A stretch of DNA of 64,000 nt, from contig NC_043024.1 of assembly GCF_006345805.1 (NCBI RefSeq), forward strand, positions 14,012,001-14,076,000. Direction: 5' to 3'. This DNA comes from Octopus sinensis (Eukaryota). Of the stretch, positions 58,158 to 64,000 are shown piece by piece. The translations under genes were made by a program, and so were the position numbers. The notes beneath the pieces are model-generated. The model was given only the letters and a program-made list of their open reading frames with translations. It made no database searches and had not been told where the DNA came from. Each line of letters begins with the position of its first letter. The first letter of the stretch is position 1.

Positions 58158-58168
58158 ATGTCTCTCTC

Positions 58169-58234
<66 letters not shown>

Positions 58235-58285
58235 GATCTATCTATCTATCTATCTACCTAGCTACCTACCTACCTATCTATCTAC

Positions 58286-58341
<56 letters not shown>

Positions 58342-58409
58342 TTATCTATCTATCTATCGATCTATCTATCTATCTATCTACCTAGCTACCTACCTACCTA
58401 TCTATCTAC

Positions 58410-58465
<56 letters not shown>

Positions 58466-58504
58466 GTATTTATCTATCTGTCTGTTTGTCTGTCTATTTA
58501 TCAG

Positions 58505-58595
<91 letters not shown>

Positions 58596-58700
58596 CCTAT
58601 CTATCTATCTATATATCTATATATCTATTTATCTATCTATCTATCTATTTTCTATTTATCTATCTATATATATTTATATATCTATCTATGTATATATCTA
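58158..58700. repeat. (TATC)n array with an internal ~124-bp duplication
   Basis: tcgatct..cctagctacctacc variant block occurs twice (~58234 and ~58358). Confidence 0.9.
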
Positions 58701-58932
58701 TCAGTCACATAGACATAGTGATAATAATAACCTGGTGCCGTAGACTCAATATACAAATGCTTCGAAACGAAAGCGTCAGTTGATTACAGAGTGGAATAAT
58801 AAAAAATGACAAAGGAACAAAACGTTGTGTATGTCATGAACTTCATTAGCGTACAAGGATTCTTCTGTAAGATGCAACGACATCACATAAATCTTTATTC
58901 CATTGTTATTCTAATCTCTTCTATATATATAC

Positions 58933-59004
<72 letters not shown>

Positions 59005-59025
59005 CCTATATATATATATACATAT

Positions 59026-59060
<35 letters not shown>

Positions 59061-59083
59061 CCTATACATATATATATACATAT

Positions 59084-59122
<39 letters not shown>

Positions 59123-59202
59123 AGTATATATACATACATATATATACATATATATATACATATATATACGTATATATATATATGTATATAAATATATATA
59201 CG

Positions 59203-59254
<52 letters not shown>

Positions 59255-59800
59255 AAGGAGCTTCTACAGGACTAGAACTGTTTCATTCAAATGAAATCAT
59301 ATATATATATATGTTTGTATATTTGTTCATTATGTATATATATATATGTGCCTGTCAATATATATATATATACCTAATTTATATACATATATACCTAATT
59401 TATATACATATATGTGAGCGTGTGTGTGTGTGCGTGTGTGTAATTGCATAGATTTGACCCCTCTAACCTTGAAGGGGCGTCTGTGACATACGTCATATAT
59501 TGATGTTTTGACCCTAGGAATATTTATAAGGAATGTGTAAACTGAGGGGATTCCACAAAAAGAACCCCAATAGTTATTGGTATGAAAGGTAACGGCAGTT
59601 GCAGACTTAACGCTTCCTTGATTGACAAAGAGAGACGCATTAATACAAGAATTTGCTCCACAGAGAACAGCAAGTATTGCAAGAAATCTCTTCGATTACT
59701 AAGGAAATTGGTTGCGACCCGGGATCAATGGTATTGATTCCGAATATAATACTTTCGAGCACAAGGGGAATAATAACAACAGCAACGAAAACATTAATAC

Positions 59801-60034
59801 TTATTTCTTTACTACCCACAAGGGGCTAAACACAGAGGGGACAAACAAGGACAGACAAACAGATTAAATCGATTATACCGACAGCCGTGCGTCACTGGTA
59901 CTTAATTTATCGACCCCGAAAGGATAAAAGGCAAAGTCGATCTCGGTGGAATTTGAACTCAGAACGTAGCGGCAGACAAAAATACCGCTGAGCATTTCGC
60001 CCGGCGTGCTAACGTTTCTGCCAGCTCGCCGCCT
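59801..60034 (-). mobile_element. SINE family A, single full copy
   Basis: Head, body and tail complete. Confidence 0.85.
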
Positions 60035-63000
60035 CGTCAGCACCATTAATATTGTTGATAATGAAGATGGTTATTATGATCATGGTCATGATGGGGATGA
60101 TGATATCTTCCTTTTGCGGTATTCGTCAATAACAAGTGTCCACTGCTAACCGCGTTTTAACAAACCATCCTTTGTAACTGATATAGGAAAACCAACTTTA
60201 CAATCACTGTCAGCCGGTTGATGAAAGAAAAACCAAAAACTTGTTATGTGCAACAAAATCAGTATTAACTCAAAACAGTAATAAGAGTATAATTCTTGAT
60301 GCAAATATGCCAGGGAAATCGACAGCGGTATTCAACCTCAACTAATATCCCCGATATATGGTCATCCATAAACACCGCATCTTTTTTTTTTGCATAGTTA
60401 CTGATATATTTTAGTGTTATTTATCACTGCACATGTACAATAGATAGATATTCACTGCTGACGAATACCACTGCGTGTGTGGCTTTCAATGTGTATCTGC
60501 ACTGAGTATCATACTCAGATTGCTGATTGAAACTGATACTGCTTCGCTTCAGTTGCAAATAACAATATACATACATGCATGATAAATAAATACATACATG
60601 CATACATTCACATACACAAACACACAAACGTATAAGTAATTATGATGTTTCGAGAGGAACTGAAATAATTCTATTTTGGAATAGTGAGGTTCGAATCACA
60701 CAAGGCTATATGTAATAGCATCAGGTGGCCTCCACCCATTTTTGTCCCAATAGGTTTTGTTTGTAATCCAATGTCTGCATACTATTAAGACAGCGAGGTG
60801 AAGGAATCTTTAGCATAGTGTACAAAATGCTTAGCGGCATTTTGTCCGTTCTTAATCTGAGTTAAAATGACGCCGAGGTCAACTGTGAATTTCGGCGTCG
60901 ATAAAATGCGAACCACTCATGTACTGGGGTCGATGTAACCGACTCGTCCCATTTTCTTGCAGTTGCTAGACTTGGGCTACAATATTAAGCTAATATTTAC
61001 ATAGTATTGTTCACCGTTTTATGGGAATCTAGATCCACTGCACCAAAAAAAATACATAAATAAGTGTGTGTGTGTGTGTGTATTCAGTTCTGTTTCTTTT
61101 CAGTTTCCAACAATATATAAAGTTTATATATTCCTTATTTTCTTTAATACATTCTACTATTCCGTCAAAGTGTAAAAGTACTTTTACTTGTGTATCGGCA
61201 TAAAACGGTTAGACAAATTCACTTTATTGTACTTGTTTACGACTAGAATTTTGTGGCCTGCAGCAATGAGTAGCATGTGTGTATTATATACAGAAGTGAT
61301 ATGAGCAGGAATGTGACTTGTCTATAGATACAGTAGGAATTATTGATCAGAATAACGTTTACTCCATACAATACATGGAAAATAATCTGGCGCTGTCGCC
61401 TATATCTGCTAATCAAACCAGAAACTCTTTTTAAAAGAACATATGGAAGGAAGAATAATTTTTATGATGGAATCAGTTTGCGCTGCAAACGGCCTTCATT
61501 TCAGCGAAAAGCTTTATCGTTCGTTCATTCAGTCGTGTAGTTAACTAGTCATCCGAGCGTTTGTTATAATAAATATCAAGAGAACCACACAGCGATGTTT
61601 TCTTTACTATGTAAACATGTGTTCCATAATACTTGCCAACATGGTTCCGACCAAACAAATTAAAAGAATAAGGAATAAAAAGCAAGCATTTTGGTATCAT
61701 GAGCAGCTGATTAAAGAAACTTTTACAACTGCATTTCAGCTTATTTGGTTGTATTTGGATACATAATTCCACAGTCCGTTTTAAGTCTATTATTGTAGAA
61801 TAACAGAGAGCAGATTGCCTCTATTAATCATACGACATCGATCTAAGGATCATTAGCTCGCTTTGAGCTAATGAAGGGGCCACTGGGAAAATACTCAATC
61901 ACGCACACATACAAAATAAAGAAGAAATCAACACAGCAGCCAACCTTCTATCAAATCCCCCATGACCTTTCTACATAAAGATGTATTCAATATCGTTCTC
62001 CCTTATCATAAAGGGAAGTACGTGACAGTCGCTGCTGGAACACAATTGATCGCAGGTCTTCTAGGAATCGACCAGAGCTGACCTATAACTAAACCATGGC
62101 AGCAACAACAATAACAACGACACAATTTTCTGCTGCATTTTAAGTATATTCAATACACAGCAACGTTGTACACTTAATCTTCATTGAAAAGCTCGGATCG
62201 TAGAATCTTTCACGTCCATTCGACTTACATCTTCGCCAGCCACTTTACTCTTGTAAAAATATTGACACGTTTCGGAGAACTGAAATTAAATGTAGGAATA
62301 TGGATGAGGGACAAACAACTAATGTCGTAGAATTATTTGACAATATATATTGTGTCGGAAAATGAGATTAGATGAACGACATAATTAGACTTGTAAATGA
62401 ACGGCCTTTTCCTCTTCTCCATCGATATATTTATGTATTTGGAGTAGAGTGTGAATTAAATGCGTTAGTTAGTTATGAAGTTAAGCCTCCCGGGGAACTC
62501 TACTACAGGACAATAATCTATGGTAGATTACAATGAGTTGGAAAAATGAAGAATACTAACTTGTCGCGTATATTTCTCTCCATGTATATTTATATACATT
62601 TGCGCAGGAACACACACACAAACACAGCACATTGACATGCGCACTAACATCATGCATAAAGAAACACACTTTCGCCATTTTATATCTGAATTGTTCATGC
62701 TTGGCAATGAATTGATTTGAGAGTCTATGTTAAATCGGAAGTAATTATGACGTAGAAAGATATTATACCGAAATGTATAAGTGCTTCTTTCATTATTTGG
62801 AAAGAATCTACGCCATAATTGTAAAACTTTTTCTGCGCTTATGTCCAATAAAAGGCTCATCTAGAATTTTGTGATGTAAACACAATATACGTCTGACAAA
62901 GCTTGGAACCACTGGTTCCAAGAAAGGAGATAGGGAGGGGGGCATAGGTCCCTAACTGAAGTTACAGGGAAGATTGCGTAATAAATTTAGGTAAAGGGAA

Positions 63001-63035
63001 GAGACACGTGTCTTATTGATGGTGTTATGAAAGTA

Positions 63036-63512
63036 AATTTGAACTCAGAACGTAACGGCAGACGAAATACCGCTAAGCATTTCTCCCGGCGTGCTAACAT
63101 TTCTAATTTCTTTATTGCCCACAAGGGGCTAAGCATAGAGAAGACAAACAAGGACAGACAAACAGATTAAGTCGATTACATCGACCCCAGTGGTACTTAA
63201 TTTATCGACCCCGAAAGGATGAAAGGCAAAGTCGACCTCGGCGGAATTTGAACTCAGAACGTAGCGGCAGACGAGATACCTATTTCTTTATTACCCACAA
63301 GGGGCTAAACACAGAGGGGACAAACAAGGACAGACATAGGTATTAAGTCGATTACATCGACCCCAGTGCGTAACTGGTACTTAATTTATCAACCCCGAAA
63401 GGATGAAAGGCAAAGTCGACATCGGCGGAATTTGAACTCACAACGTAACGCAGACGAAATACCGCTAAGCATTTTGCCCGGCGTGCTAACGTTTCTGCCA
63501 GCTCGCCGCCTT
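63036..63512 (-). mobile_element. SINE family A with tandem bodies
   Basis: Head ends at 63512; repeated bodies. Confidence 0.85.
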
Positions 63513-63559
63513 ATTTAATTCGTCATACTTGTTTATTTTTTCCTCTTCTTTCACATTGA

Positions 63560-64000
63560 TCCTGTTGACAACGGAAGAAAGAGTTCTTCTGCAATTCCGT
63601 ATGACTGTAACTTCCACATTAACAGGAGGCAGGAAAGTGTTCTGCGGGTATTAATAGAATTTACTTCGATACATCCTTGAGACACCACACTGTTTGTCCT
63701 TTTTTCAAGCAACCTGGAAATTCTTCTCCTCCATTGTTCAATGCATTAAATTGTTCTGCGATCAATTTATGGCAACTACTGAACTTTTTTATCCAAAATC
63801 CCTGAACAGCATCAAATCCTTCTGCTTTGCAATTGCTTATCTTTTTTACTCATATTTCTGATACTGTCATCTGTGAAGGAGATACCCTTTTGCTGGGGAA
63901 AATAATCTGTTTGCTTCAGGCTGTGGAGCCATTCAGCTGTAATATTCTGTTGTTCTTGCATATTCTGTAACATAATCCTGAGAGGTCGATTTTCATCTGC
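63560..64000 (-). pseudogene. Decayed R4/Dong-like reverse transcriptase N-terminal region (runs off window end)
   Basis: AEGFDAVQGFWIKKFSSCHKLIAEQFN..KKGQTV..KD..RTLSCLLLMWKL..GIAEE resembles KAPGPDG.QxFWxKK..GRTxLxxKD..NYRPITCL..WKL. Confidence 0.7.

Overview
This is AT-rich, microsatellite-dense eukaryotic DNA. Its SINE families and repeat landscape resemble an octopus (coleoid cephalopod) genome, which is inference from recalled repeat families, not a database result. No host protein-coding gene can be confidently called, and nearly all tracked ORFs are translations of (TA)n, (CA)n, (GATA)n or (TAT/CAT)n repeats. Real coding remnants are all transposon-derived: a 5'-truncated, frameshifted Penelope-like element (RT thumb + GIY-YIG, 29.8-30.9 kb) with a structured 3' pseudo-LTR, an RTE-clade 3' end with an in-frame 198-bp duplication, several R4/Dong-like RT and RLE fragments next to TAA/CAT arrays, and decayed Tc1/mariner and PLE pieces. 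There are many tRNA-derived SINE copies, often with tandem multimeric bodies. The most notable unlisted signal is a set of type I hammerhead ribozyme (HHR) motifs from several unrelated sequence families. They include an intact canonical HHR (56186-56246, GUC site) inside a 352-bp tandemly repeated, hairpin-rich unit that looks like a retrozyme, and an intact GUA HHR in one arm of a ~1.9-kb palindrome. Boundaries were read by eye and may be off by a few bases for decayed elements.
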